This document shows positions 17,529 through 26,888 of a stretch of 64,000 bases of DNA, one piece after another. Position 1 is the stretch's first letter. Each line of letters starts with the position of its first letter. This DNA is from Thermoleophilia bacterium (lineage in GTDB: Bacteria > Actinomycetota > Thermoleophilia > Gaiellales > JAICJC01), in the NCBI GenBank assembly GCA_025934255.1, contig JAICYJ010000005.1, positions 3,876 through 67,875 of the forward strand, in the 5' to 3' direction. A program made the position numbers and the translations under genes. The notes under the pieces were generated by a model. That model was not told the DNA's origin, searched no databases, and worked only from the letters and a program-made list of their open reading frames with translations.

Positions 17529-18103
17529 CGACGGCCGTGATCGCATGCGGCGCGCTCGCCTTGCACGTGAACGCCATCGCCGAGCGGCGCGGCTGGGAGA
17601 TCGACGTGCACCCGCTGCCGCCCGAGCTGCACAACCGCCCGGAGCAGATCGCGCCCGCCGTCGGCCGTCTGCTGGACGAGCTGGCCTGCCGCTACCAGCG
17701 CGTGGCGGTCGCCTACGCCGACTGTGGCAGCTACGGCGCGCTCGACCAGGAGCTCCGCCGGCGCGGCGTCGAGCGGCTGGAGGGCGACCACTGCTACGAC
17801 GTGTTCGCGAAGCCGGAGGTGGCGGAGGCGATGGCCGAGCAGCCCGGCACCTACTTCCTGACCGATTTCCTGGCGCGCACCTTCGACCGCACGGTCTGGC
17901 GGTCGCTCGGCCTCGACCGCCATCCCGAGCTGCGCGACGACTACTTCCACTCCTACACCCGCGTCATCTGGCTGGCGCAGCGGCGCACGCCCGAGCTGCT
18001 GGAGCTGGCCGAGCGGGTGGCGGCCATGCTGGGGCTGCCGCTGGAGGTGCGCGACGTGGGCGAGTCGGGGCTGGAGGCACAGCTGGAGCGGCTGGCGGGA
18101 TGA
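17525..18103 (+). CDS. DUF1638 domain protein
   Basis: VIACGAL, LHNRPE, AYADCGS, DHCY, YFLTDF pattern; coupled to RACo. Confidence 0.78.
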   Translation: MTTAVIACGALALHVNAIAERRGWEIDVHPLPPELHNRPEQIAPAVGRLLDELACRYQRVAVAYADCGSYGALDQELRRRGVERLEGDHCYDVFAKPEVAEAMAEQPGTYFLTDFLARTFDRTVWRSLGLDRHPELRDDYFHSYTRVIWLAQRRTPELLELAERVAAMLGLPLEVRDVGESGLEAQLERLAG

Positions 18104-19230
18104 GCGACGCGACCTCGATGCGCGCGGCGCTGCTGCCCGCTCCGGGCACGCCGCTGCGCGTGGTCGAGCTCGACCTGGCCGCGCCCGGCCCCGGTGAGGT
18201 GCTGGTGCGGCTGCGCTCCAGCGGCGTCTGCCAGGACGACCTGAATCTGCTCGACGGCACGGTCGACGTGCCTGCCCCGGTCGTGCCCGGCCACGAGGGT
18301 GCCGGCGTCGTCGAGGCGCTGGGCGAGGGCGTTCAGGGGCTTGCGCCCGGCGACCACGTGGCGCTGTCCTGGGCCCCCTACTGCGGCAGGTGCGAGGAGT
18401 GCCTGCGCGACCTGCCGCACCTGTGCGGCACGGCCTGGCCGCTGATGCTGGCCGGCGGCCTGCTCGACGGCACCACCCGGCTCCGCTTCGGCGGGGCGGA
18501 GGTGCACCACTACTGCTTCCTGTCCACCTTCGCGGAGCGCGCGGTGGTGCCGGCCCGGTCGTGCGTCCAGATCCCGGCCGACGTGCCGTTCGAGGTGGCG
18601 GCGCTGCTCGGCTGTGCGGTGACCAGCGGCGTCGGCGCCGTCTGGCGCACCGCCGGCGTGCGGCCGGGAGAGCGGGTGGCGGTGATCGGCACCGGCGGCA
18701 CCGGGCTCTCGGCCGTGATGGGCGCGGTCGCCTCGGGTGCGTCGCAGGTGATCGCCGTCGACCGCCGGCACGAGCGCCTCGAGCGCGCCCAGCAGCTCGG
18801 GGCAAGCGCCGTCGTGGTGTGGCAGGGTGAGCCGGAGCAGGTGGCCGAGGCCGTGGTGTCGGCCAGCGGCGGCGGCGTCGACTACGCCATCGACTGCACC
18901 GGGCGGCCCGGTCCGATGCGGGCCGCGTTCCTGTCCACGCGCAAGCGGGGAGCGGCCGTGATGGCCGGCATCCCGCGCGCCGAGGCCGAGCTGACGGTGC
19001 CGGCGCGGTCGATCCCGCGCATGGAGCGACGGGTGCTGGGATCGATCTACGGGTCGGCCCGGCCCGACCGCGACTTCCCGCTGATCCTCGACGCCTACCG
19101 GCGGGGACGGCTGCCGCTCGATCGGCTGATCTCACACCGGCTGAGCCTGGACGAGGTCGGCGTCGGCATCGACGCCGTGCGCTCGGGCGATGCAACGCGG
19201 GTGGTGCTCGACCTGGGAGGCGACGCGTGA
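18100..19230 (+). CDS. Zn-dependent medium-chain alcohol/aldehyde dehydrogenase
   Basis: GVCQDD, GHEGAG, structural Zn CGRCEECLRDLPHLC, LGCAV, GTGGTG. Confidence 0.88.
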   Translation: MSDATSMRAALLPAPGTPLRVVELDLAAPGPGEVLVRLRSSGVCQDDLNLLDGTVDVPAPVVPGHEGAGVVEALGEGVQGLAPGDHVALSWAPYCGRCEECLRDLPHLCGTAWPLMLAGGLLDGTTRLRFGGAEVHHYCFLSTFAERAVVPARSCVQIPADVPFEVAALLGCAVTSGVGAVWRTAGVRPGERVAVIGTGGTGLSAVMGAVASGASQVIAVDRRHERLERAQQLGASAVVVWQGEPEQVAEAVVSASGGGVDYAIDCTGRPGPMRAAFLSTRKRGAAVMAGIPRAEAELTVPARSIPRMERRVLGSIYGSARPDRDFPLILDAYRRGRLPLDRLISHRLSLDEVGVGIDAVRSGDATRVVLDLGGDA

Positions 19231-19655
19231 GCGAGCCCGCAACCGGCGGTTGCCTGTGCGGCGCCGTGCGCTACGAGGTGCGGGGGCCGCTGCGCGACAT
19301 CCTGATCTGCCACTGCGTCGAATGCCGGCGCTGGCACGGAAACGCGGCGGCCAGCACGGCGGCCGCCCGCGCGGATCTGGCCCTGACCGGGCAGCGCGGG
19401 CTGCGCTGGATCGCCAGCCCCGAGAGCGACGCGCATGCGCGCCGTGGCTTCTGCGGCGAGTGCGGCTCCAGCCTGTTCTGGGACGCGCCTGGACGCGACT
19501 ACGTCGCGATCGCGGCCGGCTCGCTGGACGGCGAGACCGGGCTGCGCATCGCCGGCCACTGGTTCACTTCCCAGAAGGGCGACTGGTACGAGCTGCCCGT
19601 CGACGGCCTGCCGCAGCACGAGCGTTCGGCCGCGACCGAGGGCAGTGCCCCCTGA
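19227..19655 (+). CDS. GFA (glutathione-dependent formaldehyde-activating enzyme/CENP-V) family protein
   Basis: GGCLCGAVRY, CHCVECRR, FCGECGS. Confidence 0.85.
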   Translation: MSEPATGGCLCGAVRYEVRGPLRDILICHCVECRRWHGNAAASTAAARADLALTGQRGLRWIASPESDAHARRGFCGECGSSLFWDAPGRDYVAIAAGSLDGETGLRIAGHWFTSQKGDWYELPVDGLPQHERSAATEGSAP

Positions 19656-19663
19656 ACACCGGG

Positions 19664-20104
19664 TCAGGGTGCGGGAGTGAGCCCGTGCTGCCGCATCACC
19701 GCGACCATCGCGGCCGGATCTGGCGGGCCGCCGGCCGAGGCCAGGACGACGGCCTCCAGGTCGCGGAAGTATTGCGGGCCGAGCACGCCCGGCGTAACGA
19801 TCGCGAGCGCCGTTGCGTCGGCGTCGTACCCGTTGGCGAAGTGGTGGACGACGCCCCGCGGGATGCAGAGCACCTCGCCCGGGCCGACCTCTGATGCCTC
19901 ACCCGCGACCGTCCAGCTGAGAGTGCCGGCCAGCCCGTAGACGGTCTCTTCGTACCCGTCGTGGCTGTGTGCGATCGGTACCCGCGCACCTGCCGGCACG
20001 TCGAACTCGAACATCGCAACCGCGCCTCCGGAGGCCTCACCCTCCAGCAGGAAACGGACCCCGATCTGCCCCACGTGGATCTGCTCGTGCATGTCGGTTC
20101 CCAT
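19664..20104 (-). CDS. Cupin domain protein
   Basis: AHSHDGYEE and IPRGVVHHF cupin motifs. Confidence 0.82.
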   Translation of the reverse strand: MGTDMHEQIHVGQIGVRFLLEGEASGGAVAMFEFDVPAGARVPIAHSHDGYEETVYGLAGTLSWTVAGEASEVGPGEVLCIPRGVVHHFANGYDADATALAIVTPGVLGPQYFRDLEAVVLASAGGPPDPAAMVAVMRQHGLTPAP

Positions 20105-20125
20105 GGGTATTCCCCTGTCGTGGAT

Positions 20126-20179
20126 GGTAAAGTGACTTGACGATACATGAACCAGGAGACTTCGTCAAGTCGCTTTACC
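20126..20179. promoter_or_regulatory. Two inverted copies of an 18-bp site (candidate MarR operators)
   Basis: GGTAAAGTGACTTGACGA (20126-20143) and TCGTCAAGTCGCTTTACC (20162-20179) are 17/18 reverse complements; each is itself a GTnAAG-N3-CTTnAC palindrome. Confidence 0.62.
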
Positions 20180-20623
20180 GATGGCGTCGCGGAGCGCGAG
20201 CCGTTGGGCCCGCCTCTGATCGGGGCGCTGCTGCGCATGCCCGTCGACGCGGTGCGGCGGCGAATGATCGAGCGGCTGCACGAGCACGGGTTCGACGACA
20301 TCGACCAGGCCCACCTCACCGTGCTGCGCTATCCCGGCCCGCAGGGCCGGCGCCCGTCCGACCTGGCGGCGGAGTTGGGCATGAGCAAGCAGGCGCTCAA
20401 CTATCAGCTGGGCGAGCTGGAACGGCGCGGCTATCTCGAGCGCCGGCCCGACCCCGAGGATCTCCGCTCCCGGCGGATCGTGCTGACACGGCGCGGCGTC
20501 GCCGCTGCCCACGTGATCCGTGACGCCGTGGCCGAGCTCGAGACGCTGTGGGCGCGGGAGCTGGGAGCGAAGCGGTACGCGCAGCTGCGGGGCCTGCTGG
20601 TCGAGCTCAACCGCGTGATCTAA
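20147..20623 (+). CDS. MarR family transcriptional regulator
   Basis: SDLAAELGMSKQA, LERRGYLERRPDPEDLRSRRIVLT winged helix. Confidence 0.88.
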   Translation: MNQETSSSRFTDGVAEREPLGPPLIGALLRMPVDAVRRRMIERLHEHGFDDIDQAHLTVLRYPGPQGRRPSDLAAELGMSKQALNYQLGELERRGYLERRPDPEDLRSRRIVLTRRGVAAAHVIRDAVAELETLWARELGAKRYAQLRGLLVELNRVI

Positions 20624-22599
20624 GGAGGGTCTCCGACTATCGACTCGGCCAGCAGCGTGGCCACGTCCGCCACCCGCAGCTTGCTGCCGCTGGTGCGTAC
20701 GCCGTCGTCGAGCATCACGGTGCAGAACGGGCAGGCCACCGCCAGCGTCTCGGCGCCGGTCTCGTCGGCCTGCCGCACCCGCTCCTCGTTGATCGCGCCG
20801 CCGCGCTCCTCCATCCACATGTGCGCGCCGCCGGCGCCGCAGCAGAACGTGCGCTTGCCGCTGCGCTCCATCTCGACCGGCGTGCCCACCGCCTCCACCA
20901 GCTGCCGCGGATCGGCCATCACGTCGTTGTGGCGGGCCAGGTAGCAGGAGTCGTGGTAGGTGATCTGCGCGTCGCCTGGCTTCGGCTCGATCCGGCCATC
21001 CCGCACCAGCTCGGCCAGCAGCTCGGTGTGGTGCATCACCTCGTAGCGGCCGCCGAAGTCCGGGTACTCGTTGGCCAGCGTGTTGAAGCAGTGCGGGCAG
21101 CTGGCCACGATCTTCGTCACCCCGGACTCGTTCAGCGTCTCGACGTTCTGCTCGGCGAAGGCCTGGAACACGTACTCGTTGCCCATCCGCCGGGCCGGGT
21201 CGCCGGTGCACGACTCGCGCGGGCCCAGGATCGCGAAGTCGACCCCGGCCGCCTGCAGCAGCTTCGCCGTCGACACGGCGGTCTGCCGTGCCCGCTCGTC
21301 GAACGAGGCGGCGCAGCCGACCCAGTAGAGCACCTCGGGCGCCGGATCGCCGGGCTCGAGCACCTTCACGCCCAGGCCATGCGTCCAGTCGCCGCGCTCC
21401 TGCTGCGCCTTGCCCCAGGGGTTGGACGACCGCTCGACGTCGCGCAGCATCGGCTCGGCCTCGGCCGGGAACCGCGCCTCGGCCATCACCAGGTGGCGGC
21501 GCAGGTCGACGATGTGGTCGATGTGCTCGATCGAGACCGGGCACTCGTGCACGCAGGCGCCGCACGTCACGCAGTCCCAGACGACGTCGTCGGTGACCGC
21601 GTTTGGCACCAGCGGCTGCGGGTCGGCGCCCTCCGCGCCTGATAACAGCTTCGGGCCCACTTCGAGCAGGTGGTCGCGCAGGCCCATGATCAGCAGCTTG
21701 GGCGAGAGCTCCTTGCCGGTCGCGTAGGCGGGGCAGACGTCCTGGCAGCGACCGCATTCGGTGCAGGTTGCGGTGTCCACCATCTGCTTCCAGGTCATGT
21801 CGGTGAGCGTGCCGGAGCCGAGCCTGATCTCGTCTTCCGGCACGTCCGGGTCGTCGAACACGAGCGGCTCAAGCCGGCCGCGTGCGCGCGTGCGCCCGAA
21901 GAACACGTTGACCACGGCGGTGATGATGTGCAGGTGCTTCGAGTAGGGCAGGTAGGCCAGGAAGCTCAGGATCAACAGCACGTGCGCCCACACGAACACG
22001 CGCTCGAGCAGCTTCGTGCCGTTCCCGCCGCCGAACAGGTTGGAGAGCGCGTTTGCGACCGGCGACCACGACGCCGGCCACTCGTTCAGCCCCAGCGCGA
22101 TGCGGGTGGCGTGCCACAGCAGCAGGGTGGTGACGATGCCCGCGATCATGGCCAGGATGAAATCGGCCTCGCCCATGTGGCTGCCCTCGAACCGCGCCGG
22201 CCGCTGCACCTTGCGGATGAAGAAGGCCGCGCACACGCTCAGCAGCACCAGCAGCGCGAACAGGTCGACCAGGAACGCGAACCAGCCCTGGTGCCCGAGC
22301 CAGGGCAGCGTCGCGTCGCGATCGACGGCTCCGATCATGGCCATGATGATGGTCGGGAACAGCACGATGAAGCCCCAGAAGATCAGCGCGTGCATCACCC
22401 CCGGGCCCAGCCGTTGCAGCAGCTTGCGCTGCCCGATCGCGACCACCGCCTCCTGGCGCACGCGCTGCGGCACGTCGTCGAACCTGGGCGCGGGCTTGCC
22501 CAGGCGCATGATCCGGACGAGCAGCCGGGCGCGACGGGCGAAGATGCCGCCGGCCACCGCCAGCGCCACCAGCAGCGCGATCAGGGCGACGGGCTCTAT
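20620..22599 (-). CDS. Membrane-bound Fe-S oxidoreductase (FadF/EtfD/HdrD-like; TM + 2x4Fe-4S + CCG domains); start uncertain
   Basis: About 5 TM helices with His; CTECGRCQDVCP, CVTCGACVHECP, YWVGC, CPHC, YHDSC, CCGAGG, ACPFC; start ATA 22599 or GTG 22569. Confidence 0.85.
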   Translation of the reverse strand: MEPVALIALLVALAVAGGIFARRARLLVRIMRLGKPAPRFDDVPQRVRQEAVVAIGQRKLLQRLGPGVMHALIFWGFIVLFPTIIMAMIGAVDRDATLPWLGHQGWFAFLVDLFALLVLLSVCAAFFIRKVQRPARFEGSHMGEADFILAMIAGIVTTLLLWHATRIALGLNEWPASWSPVANALSNLFGGGNGTKLLERVFVWAHVLLILSFLAYLPYSKHLHIITAVVNVFFGRTRARGRLEPLVFDDPDVPEDEIRLGSGTLTDMTWKQMVDTATCTECGRCQDVCPAYATGKELSPKLLIMGLRDHLLEVGPKLLSGAEGADPQPLVPNAVTDDVVWDCVTCGACVHECPVSIEHIDHIVDLRRHLVMAEARFPAEAEPMLRDVERSSNPWGKAQQERGDWTHGLGVKVLEPGDPAPEVLYWVGCAASFDERARQTAVSTAKLLQAAGVDFAILGPRESCTGDPARRMGNEYVFQAFAEQNVETLNESGVTKIVASCPHCFNTLANEYPDFGGRYEVMHHTELLAELVRDGRIEPKPGDAQITYHDSCYLARHNDVMADPRQLVEAVGTPVEMERSGKRTFCCGAGGAHMWMEERGGAINEERVRQADETGAETLAVACPFCTVMLDDGVRTSGSKLRVADVATLLAESIVGDPP

Positions 22600-23564
22600 C
22601 CGGCGCCCGCCTTCCGCAGCTCGGCCGTGATCGCCGGGATCACCTCGTGCAGGTCGCCGATCACGGCGTAGTCGGCGTTGGCGATGATCGGCGCCTCCGG
22701 GTCGACGTTGACCGCGATGATCCGCTTGGCACCCTTGCAGCCGGCCATGTGCTGGGTGGCGCCGCTGATGCCGCAGGCCAGGTACACCTCCGGCGCGATC
22801 TTGGTGCCGGTCTGACCGACCTGGTCGGTGTGCGACCGCCAGCCGGCGATGGTGACGGCCCGCGAGCACCCGACGGCGCCGCCCAGCAGCGCGGCCAGTT
22901 CCTCGGCCGGCGCGAAGCCCTCCGGAGAGCCGGCACCGCGCCCGCAGCTGACCACGAACCTGGCGTCCGCCAGGTTGACTCCGCCCTCGCTGCTCTGCTC
23001 CACGGTCTCGACCACCCGCACCACCAGGTCGGCATCGGCCAGCGACGGAGTGAAGCGCTCGAGGGTCGCCGGCCCGGCGCCCACCTCGGCCGCCTCGACC
23101 GTGTGCGGCGCCACCGTCAGCAGCTTGACGGGGCCGTGCAGGCGCGCGTCCTCGAGCAGGCTGCCGCCCCAGCGGATGCGGGTCACGGTGAGGGGGTCGC
23201 CCGCCTCTGCGGCGACGCAGTTCGCGGCCAGCGGCAGGTCGCCGAGCGCCGCCGCGTGCGCGAGCACCTCGTTGCCGCGCTCGCTGCCGGCGGCCGCCAC
23301 GGCGGCCGGGGACAGCCGCTCGATCAGCTCGCCGATGCAGCGTGCCAGGGCCACGGGCGCGTGGCTGGCGAGCGCCTCGTGCTCGGCGATGTGCGCCGTC
23401 GCCACCCCGTGGGCGCCCAGCCCGGCGGCCGCGTCCTCGGCGCCCGGGCCGGCCAGCAGCGCGTGCAGCGGTGCGCCGCCGGTGATCTCGCGGACCAGTG
23501 CGATCGCCTGCAGCGAGGCATCGTCGGGCCGGCCGTCCTGATGCTCGACGTAGACCAGCGTCAT
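22596..23564 (-). CDS. etfA: Electron transfer flavoprotein alpha subunit
   Basis: ARFVVSCGRG, GAVGCSR, QVGQTG, GISGATQHMAG, AVNVDPEAPI, YAVIGDL. Confidence 0.92.
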   Translation of the reverse strand: MTLVYVEHQDGRPDDASLQAIALVREITGGAPLHALLAGPGAEDAAAGLGAHGVATAHIAEHEALASHAPVALARCIGELIERLSPAAVAAAGSERGNEVLAHAAALGDLPLAANCVAAEAGDPLTVTRIRWGGSLLEDARLHGPVKLLTVAPHTVEAAEVGAGPATLERFTPSLADADLVVRVVETVEQSSEGGVNLADARFVVSCGRGAGSPEGFAPAEELAALLGGAVGCSRAVTIAGWRSHTDQVGQTGTKIAPEVYLACGISGATQHMAGCKGAKRIIAVNVDPEAPIIANADYAVIGDLHEVIPAITAELRKAGAG

Positions 23565-24325
23565 GTCACCAGCCCCGCCCGGCGCAGCACCTCGACGACG
23601 GCCGGAGCAGCTTCGGGCCCGTGGCCCAGGATCTCCGCCTGCTTGCCCTGTCCGGGCGGCAGCCGCAGCCGCAGCTTCTCGACGCCCGCGTCGCGGCGCT
23701 CCGGAGCGCTCGCGGCCAGGGGCTTGCGCTTGGCCCGCAGGCGGCCCGGCACCGATGGGTAGCGGGGCAGGTTGAGGCCCTCCTTGACGGTGATCACCGC
23801 CGGCAGCGGCACGTCGTAGACGTCGCGGCCGGAGGCCGTCTCCTGCTCGCAGCGGGCGCGGCCGTCCTGCACCGTGATGCCCTTGACGCCGGTCACGCAG
23901 GGCCGCCCCAGGGCGTGGGCGACGCGGATGCCGACCTGGTAGTTGCCCGAGTCGGCGGACTCGTTGCCGAAGAAGATCAGGTCGAACTCGACGCCCGCCG
24001 CCCGCTCGGCCTCGATCGCGGCGACGATCGCCGCGGCCGTGGCCTGGCCGTCGACCTCGTCCGCCGTCTCGAGCAGGATCGCGCGGTCGACGCCCAGCGC
24101 CATCGCGTCGCGCAGCTGCTCCTCGGCCTCGGACGGGCCCAGCGCCAGCACCACCGACTCGCCGCCGTTCGCTTCGATCAGCCGCACCGCCTCCTCGACG
24201 CCGCACTCCTCATGGGGGCTGATGGTGAAGCCGAGGTGGCGCGTCTGGATCGACTGCTCGTCCTCTGTCAGCACGATCGTGCCGCCCGTCATCGGCACCC
24301 GCTTGGCGCAGACGAGGATGTTCAC
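23561..24325 (-). CDS. etfB: Electron transfer flavoprotein beta subunit
   Basis: ILVCAKRVP, VEEAVRL, ALGVDRA, DLIFFGNESADSG, PRYPS. Confidence 0.92.
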   Translation of the reverse strand: MNILVCAKRVPMTGGTIVLTEDEQSIQTRHLGFTISPHEECGVEEAVRLIEANGGESVVLALGPSEAEEQLRDAMALGVDRAILLETADEVDGQATAAAIVAAIEAERAAGVEFDLIFFGNESADSGNYQVGIRVAHALGRPCVTGVKGITVQDGRARCEQETASGRDVYDVPLPAVITVKEGLNLPRYPSVPGRLRAKRKPLAASAPERRDAGVEKLRLRLPPGQGKQAEILGHGPEAAPAVVEVLRRAGLVT

Positions 24326-26841
24326 GACCGGATCCGTTCGTTGTCGGGATCGAAGATCGGCGTCGAGCCTGCCACCGCCACCGTCACCGGGTAGCGCTCG
24401 TTCAGGTACTCAACGGCCAGCTCGGCGCCGACCTGCGCCTGCTCGGGCGGCAGATAGGCCATCAGCAGGTGCTTGCCGACCGACGGCCCGGCGCCGGCGC
24501 TGGTCACGTACGACCGCCGGCCCCTGCTGTCGGTGAGGGGCTGTCCGTCGCGGGTCTGGATCGGCTCGCGGCCCAGCATGTACCGCTTCACGCCGGAGGC
24601 GGAGGTGTGGTCGTCGACGGTCAGCGTGCACATGATCGCGGCCGGCTGCTCGTCGCGGTGCCGCAGGTGGGCCTGCTTGCCGACGAAGTCCTCGTCCTTC
24701 ACCTTCGGCCCGGCCATGCCCGCCTCGCACACGTTGTACTCGCTCTCCAGCTCGAAGCCGTAGGCGCGGTAGCACTTCTCGAGCCGGCCGGTGGTGCCGT
24801 AGACGCCGATCCCGACCGGCGCGAGGCCGTGCGGCCGGCCGGCCTCCGCGATCACGTCCCACAGCTTCTGGCCCTGCTCGATCGGCACGTACAGCTCCCA
24901 GCCGAGGTCGCCCACGTAGGAGATGCGGGAGGCCAGCACCCGCAGCGTGTCGATCTCGATCGTCCGGCAGCTGCCGAAGCGGAAGCCCTCGTGGGAGACG
25001 TCGTCGCGGGTCACCGAGCCCAGGATGTCACGCGCGCGCGGGCCCCAGAGGCCGAGCGTCGTCCAGGCCGAGGTCAGGTCGGCGATCTGGGCGGAGCCGT
25101 CCTGCGGCAGGCGGTCGGCGAACCACTTGCGGTCGGCGGGCCCGTGGGCGCCGCCGGTGACGACCCGGAACAGCTCGTCGTCCAGCCGCATGATCGTGAG
25201 ATCGGCCTTGAAGCCGCCGCCCGGCGTCAGCACCGGCGTGTAGACGACGCGGCCGACCGGCACGTCCATCTGCCGCACCGCCACGCCCTGCACGGCCTCG
25301 AGCGCGCCGGGGCCGGCGACGTCGAAGATGGTGAACGCGGACAGGTCGACCATGCCGGCGCGGTCGCGCATGGCCAGGTGCTCGGCGTTGATGATCGGCG
25401 ACCACCAGCGCGCGTCCCACTCGGCCTCGCGCTGGTTGATGCGGTCGGCGTACTCCTCCAGCAGCGGCGCGTTCGACTCGTACCAGTGCGGCCGTTCCCA
25501 GCCCGCGGCCTCGAAGAAGACGGCGTCCAGCTCCCGCTGGCGGGCGTGGAAGGGCGGCAGGCGCACGTCGCGGTTGGAGGCCCACTGCTCGGACGGATGG
25601 ATGATGCCGTAGGTCTTGTTGAAGCCCTCCGAGGTGCGGGCGCGGACGTGGGCGCGGGTCTTCTGGTGGTCCCAGAAGCGGGCGATGTCGGACGAATGCA
25701 GGTCGATCTCCGACTCGCCGTGCGTCATCCACTCGGCCACCGCCTTGGCGATGCCCGGCCCCTCCTTCACCCACACGGCCGCGCACGACCAGAGGCCGCG
25801 CACCTCGTGCGTCTCGCCCAGCAGCGGCATCCCGTCCGGCGTCAGCGACAGCAGGCCGTTGATCGCGTACTTCACGCCCACGCTCTCGTCGCCCACGATC
25901 TCGGGCATCAGCTCCAGCGCATCCTCCATCTGCTTGTCGAAGTCGGCCTGCGTGAAGGGCAGCTCGGTGGGCGACAGGGCCGCCTGCTCGATCGAGGGGA
26001 TCTCCTCCGGATCGTGCAGGATCGGCCGGTGCGCGTAGGAGCCGATCTCGAGGCCGATGCCGTCCTGGCGCTCGTACATGAAGGTGTCCATGTCGCGCAC
26101 GATCGGGTACTCGATGTGTCTTGTGGAGCTGGCGAAGCGCGGCACCGGCCCGATGTCGATCATCTGGTGGACGGCCGGCGTGAGCGGGATCAGGGCGCCG
26201 GCCATCTGCGCGATCGCCGGGCTCCAGACGCCGCAGGCCACGACCACGACCTCGGTCTCGATGTCGCCGCGAGTGGTGCGCACCCGGCGAACGCGGCCGC
26301 GCTCGACGTCGACGCCCAGCACCTCGGTGTTGGCCGAGATCGTGAGCGCACCGGCCGCGACGGCCCGCTCGCGCATGATCGTGCCCGCCCGCAGCGAGTC
26401 GACCACACCCACGCCCGGCGAGGAGAACCCGCCCAGCAGGATCGTCTCGTCGATGAACGGCACCATCTGCTTGATCTCGGCCGGCGTCACCATCGAGACG
26501 CGGTCGATCCCCCAGGCGTGCGCCGACGACATGCGCCGGTGCAGCTCCTGCATGCGCTGCTCGGTGCGGGCCACCTCGATGCCACCGCTCTCGGTGAACA
26601 CGTCCAGGTCCTGGTACTGGCGCATGCTGTCGAGCGTCAGCGCCGTCATCTCCTTGGAGTGGTCGACCGGGAAGATGAAGTTGGATGCGTGGCCGGTGGA
26701 GCCGCCGGGGTTGGGGAACGGGCCCTTGTCGAGCAGCACCAGGTCGCGCCAGCCCAGCTCGGACAGGTGGTAGGAGATGCTGTTTCCGACGATGCCGGCG
26801 CCGATCACGACGGCGCGGGCAGATGTGGGCAGATCGCTCAT
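24322..26841 (-). CDS. Dimethylglycine oxidase/dehydrogenase-like GcvT-family FAD/folate enzyme
   Basis: VVIGAGIVG, GGSTGHA (flavinylated His), GSYAHRP, TPDG.P..G, GWERP, SRISYVGDLGWE, YRAYG; C-terminal GcvT domain. Confidence 0.9.
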   Translation of the reverse strand: MSDLPTSARAVVIGAGIVGNSISYHLSELGWRDLVLLDKGPFPNPGGSTGHASNFIFPVDHSKEMTALTLDSMRQYQDLDVFTESGGIEVARTEQRMQELHRRMSSAHAWGIDRVSMVTPAEIKQMVPFIDETILLGGFSSPGVGVVDSLRAGTIMRERAVAAGALTISANTEVLGVDVERGRVRRVRTTRGDIETEVVVVACGVWSPAIAQMAGALIPLTPAVHQMIDIGPVPRFASSTRHIEYPIVRDMDTFMYERQDGIGLEIGSYAHRPILHDPEEIPSIEQAALSPTELPFTQADFDKQMEDALELMPEIVGDESVGVKYAINGLLSLTPDGMPLLGETHEVRGLWSCAAVWVKEGPGIAKAVAEWMTHGESEIDLHSSDIARFWDHQKTRAHVRARTSEGFNKTYGIIHPSEQWASNRDVRLPPFHARQRELDAVFFEAAGWERPHWYESNAPLLEEYADRINQREAEWDARWWSPIINAEHLAMRDRAGMVDLSAFTIFDVAGPGALEAVQGVAVRQMDVPVGRVVYTPVLTPGGGFKADLTIMRLDDELFRVVTGGAHGPADRKWFADRLPQDGSAQIADLTSAWTTLGLWGPRARDILGSVTRDDVSHEGFRFGSCRTIEIDTLRVLASRISYVGDLGWELYVPIEQGQKLWDVIAEAGRPHGLAPVGIGVYGTTGRLEKCYRAYGFELESEYNVCEAGMAGPKVKDEDFVGKQAHLRHRDEQPAAIMCTLTVDDHTSASGVKRYMLGREPIQTRDGQPLTDSRGRRSYVTSAGAGPSVGKHLLMAYLPPEQAQVGAELAVEYLNERYPVTVAVAGSTPIFDPDNERIRS

Positions 26842-26888
26842 GTGGTCTCTCCCGCGCAGGTGCGCGTGGGGGTTGCCGGGAGGGCTCC

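Noticed and set aside
26842-26888. SAM- or glycine-riboswitch-like words (CCCGGCAACC, GCGGGAGAG) in the dmg leader; similar CGGCAACCC at 7348-7356(-) and 46146-46154
   Set aside because: The remaining conserved riboswitch cores are absent. GGAGAG sits at RBS distance. Short GC-rich matches are expected by chance.
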